Shown here one piece after another: positions 53,582-62,475 of a DNA stretch of 64,000 nt. The position numbers were made by a program, and so were the translations under genes. The DNA lies in contig CAXXDV010000003.1 in assembly GCA_963674745.2 (NCBI GenBank), positions 2,272,001-2,336,000 of the forward strand. The letters are read 5' to 3'. The stretch's first letter is position 1; each line of letters opens with the position of its first letter. The notes below the pieces were generated by a model. The model saw only the letters and a program-made list of their open reading frames with translations, made no database searches and was not told where the DNA came from. This DNA comes from Desulfosudaceae bacterium (GTDB lineage: Bacteria; Desulfobacterota; Desulfobacteria; Desulfobacterales; Desulfosudaceae).

Positions 53582-54868
53582 TCAATCTTCTGCCAGATGC
53601 CGGGCCAGCCGTTTTCCCAGGCCCAGCAGCGTCAAGGTGGGCGGCAAACCCCAGGCCTCAGGGATAACCGAGCAGTCGCAAACATAGAGGTTGTCCCGCC
53701 GTGTTTTCAGGTTGGCATCCACCAGGTCATTAATCTTGACCGTGCCCCCCGGATGGGCCGCCAGGCTCCAGCTTTTGAAAACGTCTTTGGCGCCGGCGTG
53801 TTCAAGAATCCTGCGGGCTTCACCGCAGCCCTTGTCGAGCTTGAGTTTATCTTCTCTGGAAAGGGTTTTTCGCACCCCCCCATGCCAGGTAATCCGGCCG
53901 CCAAGGTCGTCCCTGATTTTGACCATGATCATCAGGGTTTTTGAATGGGAAAAAACCTTGTGCGCTCTGAATCTGGGGGAAATCAGCGGCAGATAAATCA
54001 AGGCCGGTGTCTTCAAATCGGTCAGGACGTAGCCTTCTTCGTCCTTATGAATACCGGCCGCCATCTGGGTTTCACCCTTTGACCTGACGCCGTCGACCGT
54101 TCCGAAAACCATGTACAGGGGATCGTAGAAAAAATCATACCCGGAACTGTACAGACCGCTATGGCGCAACAGGACCGGAGAACCGATACCGCCGGCCGAT
54201 ACGATGATCTTATCGGCATATACCGAATGGGTCTTGAAATGCTTTTTGTATTCAACCCCAACGGCCTGGTTGCCTTCAAACAGAATCCGCGTGGCCCGGG
54301 CATTATTGATCAGCTCGGCGCCGCCGGCCGTGGCCTGTTCCACAAAATTTCTGGCCGTCCATTTGGCGCCATGGGGGCACCCGTAACTGCACAGCTCACA
54401 ATCCAGCCGACATTTATCCTGAAAGATGAATTTATTGATTTTCTGCCACTCATATCCCAGGTCCCGGGCACTTTCCATGATTTTGGCCGCGCCCGGCCCG
54501 ATCAGCTCATCTTTCAAAGGCGCGATGGGAATCTCGTTTTTCAGTTCCTTGATTTCTTCCGTAATGTCAATGCCGTAGGACTTCAGCATTTCATAGGGCG
54601 GCTCAAAAGCCGTGGCGCAGTAATACACGGAGCTGCCACCGGTGCCGATGCCCCGGATCATGGTCTGAAATTTATAATCGGTGAACATCAGGCCCTTGCC
54701 GGGTATGCCCACTGCCCGGGCGCATCGGACCAGAGAGCCGTTTACCGGGGCATTGCTTCCCCATTCCAGGATAAGGACTTTTTTACCCTGCCCTGTCAGT
54801 TCCCTGGCCACGGTCGCACCACCCGGACCGGATCCCACCACGATGTAATCATATTGTGGATTGTTCAT
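53582..54868 (-). CDS. GMC family FAD oxidoreductase
   Basis: VGSGPGG, GGSS, CxxCxxGC, HPGGT, P.LT. Confidence 0.85.
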   Translation of the reverse strand: MNNPQYDYIVVGSGPGGATVARELTGQGKKVLILEWGSNAPVNGSLVRCARAVGIPGKGLMFTDYKFQTMIRGIGTGGSSVYYCATAFEPPYEMLKSYGIDITEEIKELKNEIPIAPLKDELIGPGAAKIMESARDLGYEWQKINKFIFQDKCRLDCELCSYGCPHGAKWTARNFVEQATAGGAELINNARATRILFEGNQAVGVEYKKHFKTHSVYADKIIVSAGGIGSPVLLRHSGLYSSGYDFFYDPLYMVFGTVDGVRSKGETQMAAGIHKDEEGYVLTDLKTPALIYLPLISPRFRAHKVFSHSKTLMIMVKIRDDLGGRITWHGGVRKTLSREDKLKLDKGCGEARRILEHAGAKDVFKSWSLAAHPGGTVKINDLVDANLKTRRDNLYVCDCSVIPEAWGLPPTLTLLGLGKRLARHLAED

Positions 54869-54895
54869 GACTTCCTCCCTGTTTTATTGCGCCAA

Positions 54896-55897
54896 TTATA
54901 CTACAACCCGCTTTAAAGACGTCAGTTGATTCTGAACAGACATGCATCCTTTGATAGACGGATGGATTTCAGCCGGATGCACTGTCACGGAAAGCCCCAG
55001 ATGATCGGCCAGCAACTGATCAAACCCGGGAATCGTCATGGCCGCGCCGGTCGTGTGTATTGTGGTCCGATTCAACCGGTACTGCTGCTCTTTCGACAAT
55101 TTCCTGATAACCGTTTTGATCCGTTCGGTCAGCCGCACAAACGAGGGCATCAGCCCGACCGTGATGTCTTCGGTAGAAACATCCTGCTCGACCATGCGCC
55201 CCTGTTCAACTCTTCCCGCCCATGTTTCCCAGCCCGGTATCTTAACCACAGATGTCGGATCGACACCGTGTGACAGTAACTGTTTGGTAAGAGTCGCAAT
55301 ATCCGGACTAAAATGGCGGACAAGTAAAAGGTGGTTCCGGATATCCTCGACAAAGGAACGGATACCGATGGCACCGTTTTCTCCGGACAATACACCGGCC
55401 AGGGAAATGACCGCAAACGCGAACCAGTCATCAGAAACCGACAGCACGGCATTAATCTCCGGTTCCGTCACTTCCAGCTGCATCCCTATGGCGGTCGCCA
55501 TCGCCATATCCAGCAGAAAGACCTCGCGTGCGCCGCCTGCTTCAGCCATATCTTTTACAAACAGCTTCCCCGGTTCATCACTCCTGCAGGCGACCAGCAT
55601 TCTCGGGCGAACCAGAAATTTCTGTTTTTCTATATTTTTTACGCCATAACGAAACAGGGCCTGTGCGGCCTGTTGATCGGAAATGACGCCTTCGGCCATT
55701 ACCCTGCACACGGAAATGCCGTCCGGCTCCCGGTCAAGCATGTCCCGGGCTTCTTCCCCGCAGGCCAGCAGACCTTTGCCGTCTTTCCGGGTGGCGATAT
55801 AAGCGGACAAAACAAGTGGTTCCTGACTGTTCTGAGTACAGAAGATAAAGGCGTCATCTACAAGCGAAACACAAATATCTTTGCCGAATAAATTCAT
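54896..55897 (-). CDS. Highly divergent MreB-like actin-fold protein
   Basis: GEEARDMLDREP, EGVISD, GAREVFL, A.AIG, AVISLAG match MreB; phosphate loops are replaced. Confidence 0.7.
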   Translation of the reverse strand: MNLFGKDICVSLVDDAFIFCTQNSQEPLVLSAYIATRKDGKGLLACGEEARDMLDREPDGISVCRVMAEGVISDQQAAQALFRYGVKNIEKQKFLVRPRMLVACRSDEPGKLFVKDMAEAGGAREVFLLDMAMATAIGMQLEVTEPEINAVLSVSDDWFAFAVISLAGVLSGENGAIGIRSFVEDIRNHLLLVRHFSPDIATLTKQLLSHGVDPTSVVKIPGWETWAGRVEQGRMVEQDVSTEDITVGLMPSFVRLTERIKTVIRKLSKEQQYRLNRTTIHTTGAAMTIPGFDQLLADHLGLSVTVHPAEIHPSIKGCMSVQNQLTSLKRVVV

Positions 55898-55938
55898 ATT
55901 ATCTTCATGTCCGATATATCATTCAACCGCCGAAATGG

Positions 55939-57147
55939 CTATCGGTCTTGAGATATTACCTCTTCGATGGCGTCTTTTAAAACGGCCAGGCCCGCTTCCA
56001 GTTCTTCCGCTTTTATATTCAGGGCCGGGAATATTCTGATACCATTGCCATGGGTCTGCCGGACAAACAATCTCCGGTTAAGACACGCTTCAGATATACG
56101 AGCAGCCGCCTCGTCATTTTTGAACTCAAGGAAAAGTAGCAACCCCGCCCCACGAACATCCGTAATCATGTCGGGGCAGTCCTGCTGCCACTGTTTCATG
56201 ATACCCATGGCCATGCTGTGCATCCGCTGAACATTTTCCGGGATATTCTGTTCAATGAGATGTTGAATAACGGCCGCCGCGACAGCGCACCCCAACGGAT
56301 TACCGCAGTAAGTCCCCCCATGATCTCCGATTTCCAGTCCGTTTGCAACCGTTTCCGATACCGCAAAGGCGCCAAAAGGAAATCCCCCCGCGATTCCCTT
56401 GGCCATGGTAAGAAAGTCGACCTGGACACCATATGCCTCAACAGCGAAAAACGGACCGGTTCTGCAAAATCCCGTCTGGATCTCGTCCGCGATCAGAAGA
56501 CTGCCGTTTTGTTGACACAGGTCTCTCACCGCTGCGAAGTATTGTCCGGGAGGGATCTGCACACCGCCCTCACCCTGGATCGGTTCAAGGATGACGGCAG
56601 CCACGTTTTCGTCCATGTTTTTCGACATGGCGTCATTGTCACCATAAGGTACAAACCGGTAGTTGGGCATCAACGGATTGAATTTTTCCCTGTGTTTTGA
56701 CTGCCCTGTGGCGGACGCGGTGCTGATGGTCCGGCCGTGAAAACTCTGAAAGGTTGAGATGACATCCATTCGACCCGTCACTTTACGGGCCAGTTTGATG
56801 GCGGCGTCATTGGCTTCCGCGCCGCTGTTGGAAAAAAATATGTGCGTGAGATTCGGGGGCAGTATGTCACGCATGCGCGAAAGCAGCCGGGCACGGGCCG
56901 GTGAGTACGTCAGGCCGGAATTCGGGTTCTGCAGAATCTTTGCCCCCTGCTCCTGCAGCGCCCTGACAATGACCGGGTGGCTGTGGCCGATGCATGTCAC
57001 GCCCCAGCCGGACGTAAAATCAATGTACCGGTTGCCTTCTTCGTCCCAGGCATAGATACCCTCTCCCCGTTCGATAGAGATTTTCTGCTTGACGAAGAAA
57101 GGCGCCATGTACTTATCTTCGATATCAAATGTATCTTTACTGGCCAT
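55939..57147 (-). CDS. Class III aminotransferase (ArgD-like)
   Basis: NSGAEAND, FHGRT, EPIQGEGG, DEIQTG, AKG. Confidence 0.9.
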   Translation of the reverse strand: MASKDTFDIEDKYMAPFFVKQKISIERGEGIYAWDEEGNRYIDFTSGWGVTCIGHSHPVIVRALQEQGAKILQNPNSGLTYSPARARLLSRMRDILPPNLTHIFFSNSGAEANDAAIKLARKVTGRMDVISTFQSFHGRTISTASATGQSKHREKFNPLMPNYRFVPYGDNDAMSKNMDENVAAVILEPIQGEGGVQIPPGQYFAAVRDLCQQNGSLLIADEIQTGFCRTGPFFAVEAYGVQVDFLTMAKGIAGGFPFGAFAVSETVANGLEIGDHGGTYCGNPLGCAVAAAVIQHLIEQNIPENVQRMHSMAMGIMKQWQQDCPDMITDVRGAGLLLFLEFKNDEAAARISEACLNRRLFVRQTHGNGIRIFPALNIKAEELEAGLAVLKDAIEEVISQDR

Positions 57148-57261
57148 GATGTAAATCTTCCTTTTGAATATTGCGTAAGGATCGTTGTCATCACCAGATT
57201 ATATCATTATCCGGCAGATTGTCGGCCACCTTCTGAAAATTGCGTGAGGCATTCAGAATCC

Positions 57262-57447
57262 CTGTGCCCGCCGGTTGAAGACCTGGTCGACATGATCCAC
57301 CGGCTACCTGGCCACGTCAGCGGCTGTCCGGGCCGGCTCTCTCCGGTAAGACTCTGAATATATTATTTTCTTTTTAGCCATTGAACACCTCCCTTTAGGC
57401 ATATAAACCTAATTTAGTAGGGTGTCTACTATTCGTGGGTAACTCCG
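57262..57447 (-). pseudogene. IS3-family left end and decayed orfA (copy A)
   Basis: End CGGAGTTACCCACGAATAGTAGACAC resembles the IS3 IRL; MAKKKIIYSESYRRE..RTAADVAR* with internal deletion and stop. Confidence 0.7.
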
Positions 57448-57449
57448 TA

Positions 57450-57510
57450 AGCTAACGGCGGGCATCAGCAGCCGCGGCTTTTTGCGGTCTGCTGAATGCC
57501 CTGGTTGAGC
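57450..57510 (-). other. attC site (short, 61 bp) of the TA cassette
   Basis: GCTCAAC-5-CAT(T)CAGC...GCTGATG-6-GTTAGCT with canonical spacing and extrahelical base. Confidence 0.88.
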
Positions 57511-57515
57511 CTTTT

Positions 57516-57854
57516 TTATCTTATTTCAAGTATTGTAGCGACTGCTTGGCAGATTTCGTCAAGTTCTTCGAGTGATAGTGACTCGATCTTCTTTTTCAGT
57601 CTGTGTTTTGCAACTGCTCGAATCTGATCCACCACGGCCACGGCAGCTCCCCCCTGACAATTAACCGGAACCGTGATTGGTGGATGTGATTTCGCAGCGG
57701 TGGAGAGAGGAACCACAACAACAGTCCGACGAAGACTGTTTATGGTATTGTGTGAAAGGACAACACAGGGACGAGTTTTTTTAATCTCGGAACCCTGCGT
57801 CGGGTCCAAACTCACCCACCAAATGTCACCCCGCGTGATAGTGGGTTCGGTCAT
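57516..57854 (-). CDS. PemK/MazF family toxin
   Basis: RGDIWWVSLDPTQGSEIKKTRPCVVLS, DQIRAV. Confidence 0.93.
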   Translation of the reverse strand: MTEPTITRGDIWWVSLDPTQGSEIKKTRPCVVLSHNTINSLRRTVVVVPLSTAAKSHPPITVPVNCQGGAAVAVVDQIRAVAKHRLKKKIESLSLEELDEICQAVATILEIR

Positions 57855-58069
57855 TCCTCGATTCCGTCCTCAAATGCTTGCCACTCGTCGATCTCTTGCT
57901 CTAAAGCTTTGTCACGATTGGCTGCCCGGCAAGCAGCTGCCAGCGAGCTGTCTCGATCCTTTAACTCCTGTTCCAGCAAACGCGTAACAAGGCGAGATCG
58001 CTGACGGGCAGGTACTGCCGCCTGGAATCGATGAGCCACTTCATCTGGTATGGATAATGTAATTCTCAT
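57851..58069 (-). CDS. Cognate antitoxin (RHH-type)
   Basis: MRITLSIPDEV N-terminus, acidic C-terminus, ATGA overlap with toxin. Confidence 0.8.
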   Translation of the reverse strand: MRITLSIPDEVAHRFQAAVPARQRSRLVTRLLEQELKDRDSSLAAACRAANRDKALEQEIDEWQAFEDGIEE

Positions 58070-58075
58070 AACTAC

Positions 58076-58104
58076 ATATTATGTTTTATGACTTATGATG
58101 TCAA
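58076..58104 (-). promoter_or_regulatory. Sigma70 promoter of TA operon with TCATAA repeats
   Basis: TTGACA-17 bp-TAATAT, 6 nt before ATG. Confidence 0.75.
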
Positions 58105-58112
58105 GCGTTTTT

Positions 58113-58142
58113 TGAGGCACGTCTTCAGCCAAAGGGCGCCAG
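58113..58142 (-). other. Truncated attC (3' half, family B)
   Basis: 58119-58142 identical to 60050-60073; R' degenerate (GTGCC). Confidence 0.7.
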
Positions 58143-58336
58143 TTGTAGATCTGGCCGACATGAATCCCCAGCTCCCTGGCCACGTCCGCAGCCGTCCGGT
58201 CCGGTAAAGATGCTAACCGGCCCGCCTCTCGCCGATAAGACTCTGAATATATTCTTTTCTTCCCAGCCATTTGACACCTCCTTTTAGGTATATAAACCTA
58301 ATTGATTAGGGTGTCTACTTTTCGTGGGTAACTCCG
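58137..58336 (-). pseudogene. IS3-family left end and truncated orfA (copy B)
   Basis: MAGKKRIYSESYRREAGRL...VARELGIHVGQIYNWR HTH, then fused to attC DNA; IRL-like end. Confidence 0.78.
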
Positions 58337-58338
58337 CA

Positions 58339-58463
58339 AGCTAACGTCCGCCACCACCGGCAAGCAGGGCTTGCAGACTTCGCTAAAGTGAGTTTAACAC
58401 CAACCTATGCCTGAACCCAAGGCCGACCGCCCCTGCGAGTCCGTGTGAGTGGCATTGATATGT
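58339..58463 (-). other. attC site, family A copy 1 (125 bp)
   Basis: R'' ACATATC (variant), L'' CAC(T)CACA, L' GGTGGTG, R' GTTAGCT. Confidence 0.85.
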
Positions 58464-58465
58464 TT

Positions 58466-59407
58466 TTATTTTGCCCCAGCCTGTTTAAGTAGTTCAACTA
58501 GTTCTTTATGCACACGGGTTTTTGATGCGAGCGATAAAGCCGTTTCACCGTCATTGTCTTTAGCATTAACCTCTGCCCCGCTTTCCAATAGCGCTTTTAC
58601 GACTTCAGTATGGCCGTTAATGGATGCATTAATTAATGCTGTTGCGCCTCTCTGGTTTTTGGCGTTTATCTCTGCCCCGTTTGCCAACAACGTTTTTATG
58701 ACTTCAACGTTTTCATTAATGGATGCATAGTGCAAAGCTGTCGAGTCTTTATCGTTTTTGGCGTTGACCTTCGCGCCACTTTCCAACAGCGCTTTTACGA
58801 CTTCAATATGGCCAAACCGGGAGGCTAACCTCAAAGCTGTCCAGCCTTCATTGCTTTCGGCGTTTACCTCTGCCCCTCCTGCCAGTAACGTCTTCACGAC
58901 TTCAACATGGCCATCTTGGGATGCCTTCTGCAAAGCTGTAATGCCTTCATTGTTTTTGGCGTTTACGTCTGCCCCGCTTACTAACAACGCTTTTACGACT
59001 TCAATGTGGCCTTCCTGAGATGCTATCTGCAAAGCTGTAAAGTCTTCATTATCTTTAGCATTGACAGTTGCTCCGTTTGCCAGAAGAGTTTTTACAACTT
59101 CAGCATGGCCACACTTGGATGCATTCATCAAAGCCGTTGCGCCTTTTTGGTTTTTGGCGTTGACTTCTGCCCCATTTGCCAACAGCGATTTTATGACTTC
59201 AATGTTTCCACCAATGGATGCATAGTGCAAAGCTGTCGATCCTATATCGTTTTTGGCGTTGACTTCTGATCCACTTTCAAGCAAGGATTTTACGGCCTGA
59301 ATATCACCTTTCTCGGCTACGGTGAATATATCGACATCATCCCTGGTACATGCCGGAATAGTTAATGGCAAGACAAAGAAAACTAGAAGAACAACTAAAT
59401 ATCTCAT
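58466..59407 (-). CDS. Ankyrin-repeat (lipo)protein, gene cassette
   Basis: Eight TAL..AS..G..EVVK.LL..GA.VNA repeats; signal peptide with IPAC lipobox. Confidence 0.93.
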   Translation of the reverse strand: MRYLVVLLVFFVLPLTIPACTRDDVDIFTVAEKGDIQAVKSLLESGSEVNAKNDIGSTALHYASIGGNIEVIKSLLANGAEVNAKNQKGATALMNASKCGHAEVVKTLLANGATVNAKDNEDFTALQIASQEGHIEVVKALLVSGADVNAKNNEGITALQKASQDGHVEVVKTLLAGGAEVNAESNEGWTALRLASRFGHIEVVKALLESGAKVNAKNDKDSTALHYASINENVEVIKTLLANGAEINAKNQRGATALINASINGHTEVVKALLESGAEVNAKDNDGETALSLASKTRVHKELVELLKQAGAK

Positions 59408-59419
59408 GATTGTTTTAAA

Positions 59420-59543
59420 ACATAACGTCCGCCACCACCGGCGAGCAGGGTTTGCGGACTTCTTAAACGTTAGTTCAACACCACACTATGCTAAAACTAA
59501 GGCAGCACGCCCCTGCGAGTCTGTGTGAGTGGTGTTGTTAGGC
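59420..59543 (-). other. attC site, family A copy 2 (124 bp)
   Basis: R'' GCCTAAC overlaps the cassette stop codon; R' GTTATGT; canonical L boxes. Confidence 0.9.
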
Positions 59544-60029
59544 ATTCTCCTCATAACATATTGCTTCGAAGAATGATATTTTGTCCTTTAAAACAACCCT
59601 AAATGTAACTATTTTGTCATTCTTTCTATATTGAATTATATGACCAAAAAAAGAATCTTTAATCGTACAAATTGATTTAACGGGTATAGATACTGGTCGG
59701 AAGAAAATCCCACAGAAAATATTAAATGGAAAATGTAATCCGATTTCTACTCGATCTGATGTTACGTTTATCCAAACACAATTATTGCCACCCAAAACAT
59801 ATAAAATGCCTGCTGATGTCCATGTTTGTTCATATAGATAATCTGTATTTGAATGATAGAATATTGTATTACCAGTTTTTAAGAGCGCTATTGTTGATAA
59901 GCTGAGGTAGCTTACAATAAAAATTATGTTGTAAAAGTCACCTATCCTAAACCAATTGTAAATTCCCCAAAATAGTAAGATTCCGAAAGCAATGAAGCAT
60001 AATATTTCTATCCGACGGTTCTTGTTCAT
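59538..60029 (-). CDS. Hypothetical membrane protein, gene cassette
   Basis: AT-rich ORF filling the space between two attC sites, RBS GGGAG, two N-terminal TM helices. Confidence 0.75.
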   Translation of the reverse strand: MNKNRRIEILCFIAFGILLFWGIYNWFRIGDFYNIIFIVSYLSLSTIALLKTGNTIFYHSNTDYLYEQTWTSAGILYVLGGNNCVWINVTSDRVEIGLHFPFNIFCGIFFRPVSIPVKSICTIKDSFFGHIIQYRKNDKIVTFRVVLKDKISFFEAICYEENA

Positions 60030-60044
60030 GGACTCCCTTTTGAT

Positions 60045-60172
60045 TGCTAACGTCTTCAGCCAAAGGGCGCCAGGGCTTACTCTGACTGACTTAAAGGTGG
60101 TTAAAGTTTAATTCAGCGCGGTTGTTCAAAACCCGAGTGCCCTGGCGATCCTATTGCGCTGAATGGTTGAAC
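60045..60172 (-). other. attC site, family B (128 bp)
   Basis: AAC-5-AGC(G)CAAT...TTTGGCT-6-GTTAGCA; inner stem CGCCAGGGC/GCCCTGGCG. Confidence 0.85.
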
Positions 60173-60259
60173 GAAGCCGCTACGCGGCGGATTAATAAAA
60201 AACAAGGTATACTCCAATACGTGCTCAATTACGGGCACCCCCAATGAAAGGAGTATACC

Positions 60260-61164
60260 ATGAACGATTCGGAAGTAAAACGTTTCAACCGGCTTTATGA
60301 GAGGCACCTGGAGTTGCTCAAGCTTCAGGGTATGAGTCCGAGGACCATTGATCTCTATGCCCGTTCAGTCCGCCGCATTCGTAACCATTTTGATTGTTGT
60401 CCCGACCATTTGCGTCCGGAACAATTGGAAGGTTATTTCTCTCAGCTGGTGGATAGCCATTCCTGGAGCACGGTCAGGGTTGACCGTAACGGCTTGCAGT
60501 TCTTCTGGCGGTATGTGCTCGGAAAGGACTGGGAATGGATCAAGATCGTCAAACCGCCGAAAGTCAAAACCATACCGGACATTCTTACCGTTTCCGAAGT
60601 TGAACGGATCATCGGCAAAACCAAGAAATTGCGTTACCGGGTATTTCTGCTGACAACCTATTCCATGGGATTGCGTCTGGAAGAGACGTTGTCCCTCCAG
60701 ATCGGAGACATTGATGCCGAACGCAAAAAGGTTCATATTCGTCGGGGCAAAGGCCATAAAGATCGAATGCTGCCGTTGCCGGACCTGACGTTGCTGGGCC
60801 TGCGGGAGCTTTGGTGTAAGCATCGTCATCCTAATTTGTTATTTCCCAATTGCAAGGGGTCTTTAGAGACCATCCGGGCGGCCACCAACTTTATGGATAA
60901 AGGCGGCTGCCAGAGGGCCATGAAAGTCGTCGTCGCCGAATGCGGCATTAAAAAAAAGTATCCATCCACTCCTTGCGACACAGTTTTGCCACCCACCTGC
61001 TTGAACGCGGCTTAAGCCTCCGACACATCCAGGCCTTGCTTGGCCATGCCAGTCCCTCCACAACAGCACGTTATACGCATCTAAGCGATATAACGGAGCA
61101 GGACAGCCTGACTGTCTTAAATGAGTTGATAAATACAATCCATGTTGATTTTAGAAAGGTATGA
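60260..61164 (+). CDS. Tyrosine recombinase, split by -1 frameshift at ~60950-60958
   Basis: SAM-like N-domain, [10 protein letters not shown] in frame 0; [18 protein letters not shown] in the -1 frame. Confidence 0.88.
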
Positions 61165-62216
61165 TTATGGAACTGGCATCAATTATTGATCAGTACGCTG
61201 ACAGGTTTATGGAAAAGCACGGCCAAAAAGCCTTGCCGGGGCATCTTAAAGCCTTGCGTGCCATACGCAGGTGCCGCACTCCTGCCTCCGGAGAATTTTA
61301 CGTTCAGTGCCCCGGCTGCCAACATGGACAATGGAAACCAATGTCCTGCGGGCACCGGAGCTGCCCCAAATGCCAGAATCATGAGGCCAGTCAGTGGATC
61401 GACCGGCAGCAGGAGAAACTGCTTCCGGTGCTTTACTTTATGGCGACGTTTACGCTGCCGTTTGAACTCCGTCCGCTGGCCTGGAACAATCAGCGGGATG
61501 TATATTCAATCTTCTTTTCCTGTGTGTCCGAAACACTCAAGGATTTTGGCTTAAACCCGAAGCAAATGGGCGCAGAAATCGGTTTGACCATGGTTCTGCA
61601 TACGAACACCCGAAGTCTGGATTATCATCCTCATATCCATGTGGTGGTGCCCGGCGGCGGGATTGATAAGCGCCGGCGACAATGGAAAAAGAAAAAAGGA
61701 AAATATCTGTTTAATGAGTTTAACCTGGCCACGGTCTTTCGTGCCCGTTTTCTGGCCGCTTTAAGAAAAGCCGGCCTTTATGTGCCTAAAAACACACCTG
61801 CGGAATGGGTCGTGGATTGTGAAAAGGTCGGTAACGGGCTCCCGGTCATAAAGTACCTGTCCCGGTACTTATACCGGGGTGTAATCAGTGAAAAGAATAT
61901 TGTGGCCAATGAAAATGGCCGGGTCACCTTCAGGTACACTGAAAGCGGCACCGGCCATACCCGTTATCGTACGCTTGACGGAGAAGATTTTCTCCAGCTC
62001 ATTCTGCAGCATGTCCTGCCCAAGGGCTTCCGCAGGGTGCGCGATTACGGGTTTCTTCATGGCAACGCCAAAAAGACGCTGCAACTGGTGCAATTGATCC
62101 TGCATGTCCGGCTTGGAATAAAAACCCAACGCCCAAGGCCTGCTGTAAAGTGCCCCCGTTGCCACATCCCGATGGTCATCAAAGGGTTCCGTTACGCGGC
62201 CTGGAAGCCCGGATAA
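61161..62216 (+). CDS. IS91-family Y2 (HUH) transposase
   Basis: N-terminal Zn-binding C..C/SC..RSCPKC, HPHIH HUH motif, YLSRY, C-terminal CPRC. Confidence 0.93.
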   Translation: MIMELASIIDQYADRFMEKHGQKALPGHLKALRAIRRCRTPASGEFYVQCPGCQHGQWKPMSCGHRSCPKCQNHEASQWIDRQQEKLLPVLYFMATFTLPFELRPLAWNNQRDVYSIFFSCVSETLKDFGLNPKQMGAEIGLTMVLHTNTRSLDYHPHIHVVVPGGGIDKRRRQWKKKKGKYLFNEFNLATVFRARFLAALRKAGLYVPKNTPAEWVVDCEKVGNGLPVIKYLSRYLYRGVISEKNIVANENGRVTFRYTESGTGHTRYRTLDGEDFLQLILQHVLPKGFRRVRDYGFLHGNAKKTLQLVQLILHVRLGIKTQRPRPAVKCPRCHIPMVIKGFRYAAWKPG

Positions 62217-62409
62217 AACGCTGCCGCGGCTATGACCCGGCGCAAAAAAGAACAGGAGGCAATCACACCCATGAACAAAATTGTCTTTTTAAAACCTGCC
62301 TTCAGGTTAAGGGATCCCTGCGTCCTGCAAAAAAAGTACTATCCAGGTTCACGCCGTTTGCCCACTACCCCAAATTAAATATTTTCTTTATTATAAGACC
62401 GACGGGCTT

Positions 62410-62472
62410 GTTCAACCCCGGATAAGATCGTGGCTCGTTGTCACTCACACGATCTATCCTTGTTCGTTAGAA
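62410..62472 (+). other. attC-like terminal hairpin of the element
   Basis: GTTCAAC-CCC-GGATA(A)GATCGTG...CACGATCTATCC-TTGTTC-GTTAGAA; left spacer shorter than canonical. Confidence 0.65.
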
Positions 62473-62475
62473 AAA

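Larger units (their letters stand above)
60167..62466 (+). mobile_element. Tyrosine recombinase + IS91-like transposase element inserted in attC
   Basis: Bounded by GTT at 60166-60168 and 62466-62468; ends GTTGAACGAAGCC / GGCTTGTTCAAC; two coupled genes. Confidence 0.8.

Noticed and set aside
58079..58270. 63-aa ORF as a functional gene
   Set aside because: It is an IS3 orfA N-terminus fused to attC and promoter DNA by deletion.
60260..61164. Calling the recombinase the integron integrase IntI or XerC/D
   Set aside because: It lacks the IntI-specific insertion before the FP motif, is coupled to an IS91-like transposase, and lies mid-array without an attI.
62272..62379. 35-codon ORF downstream of the IS91-like transposase
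   Set aside because: Short, the RBS is far from the ATG, and there are no recognisable features; it cannot be supported.
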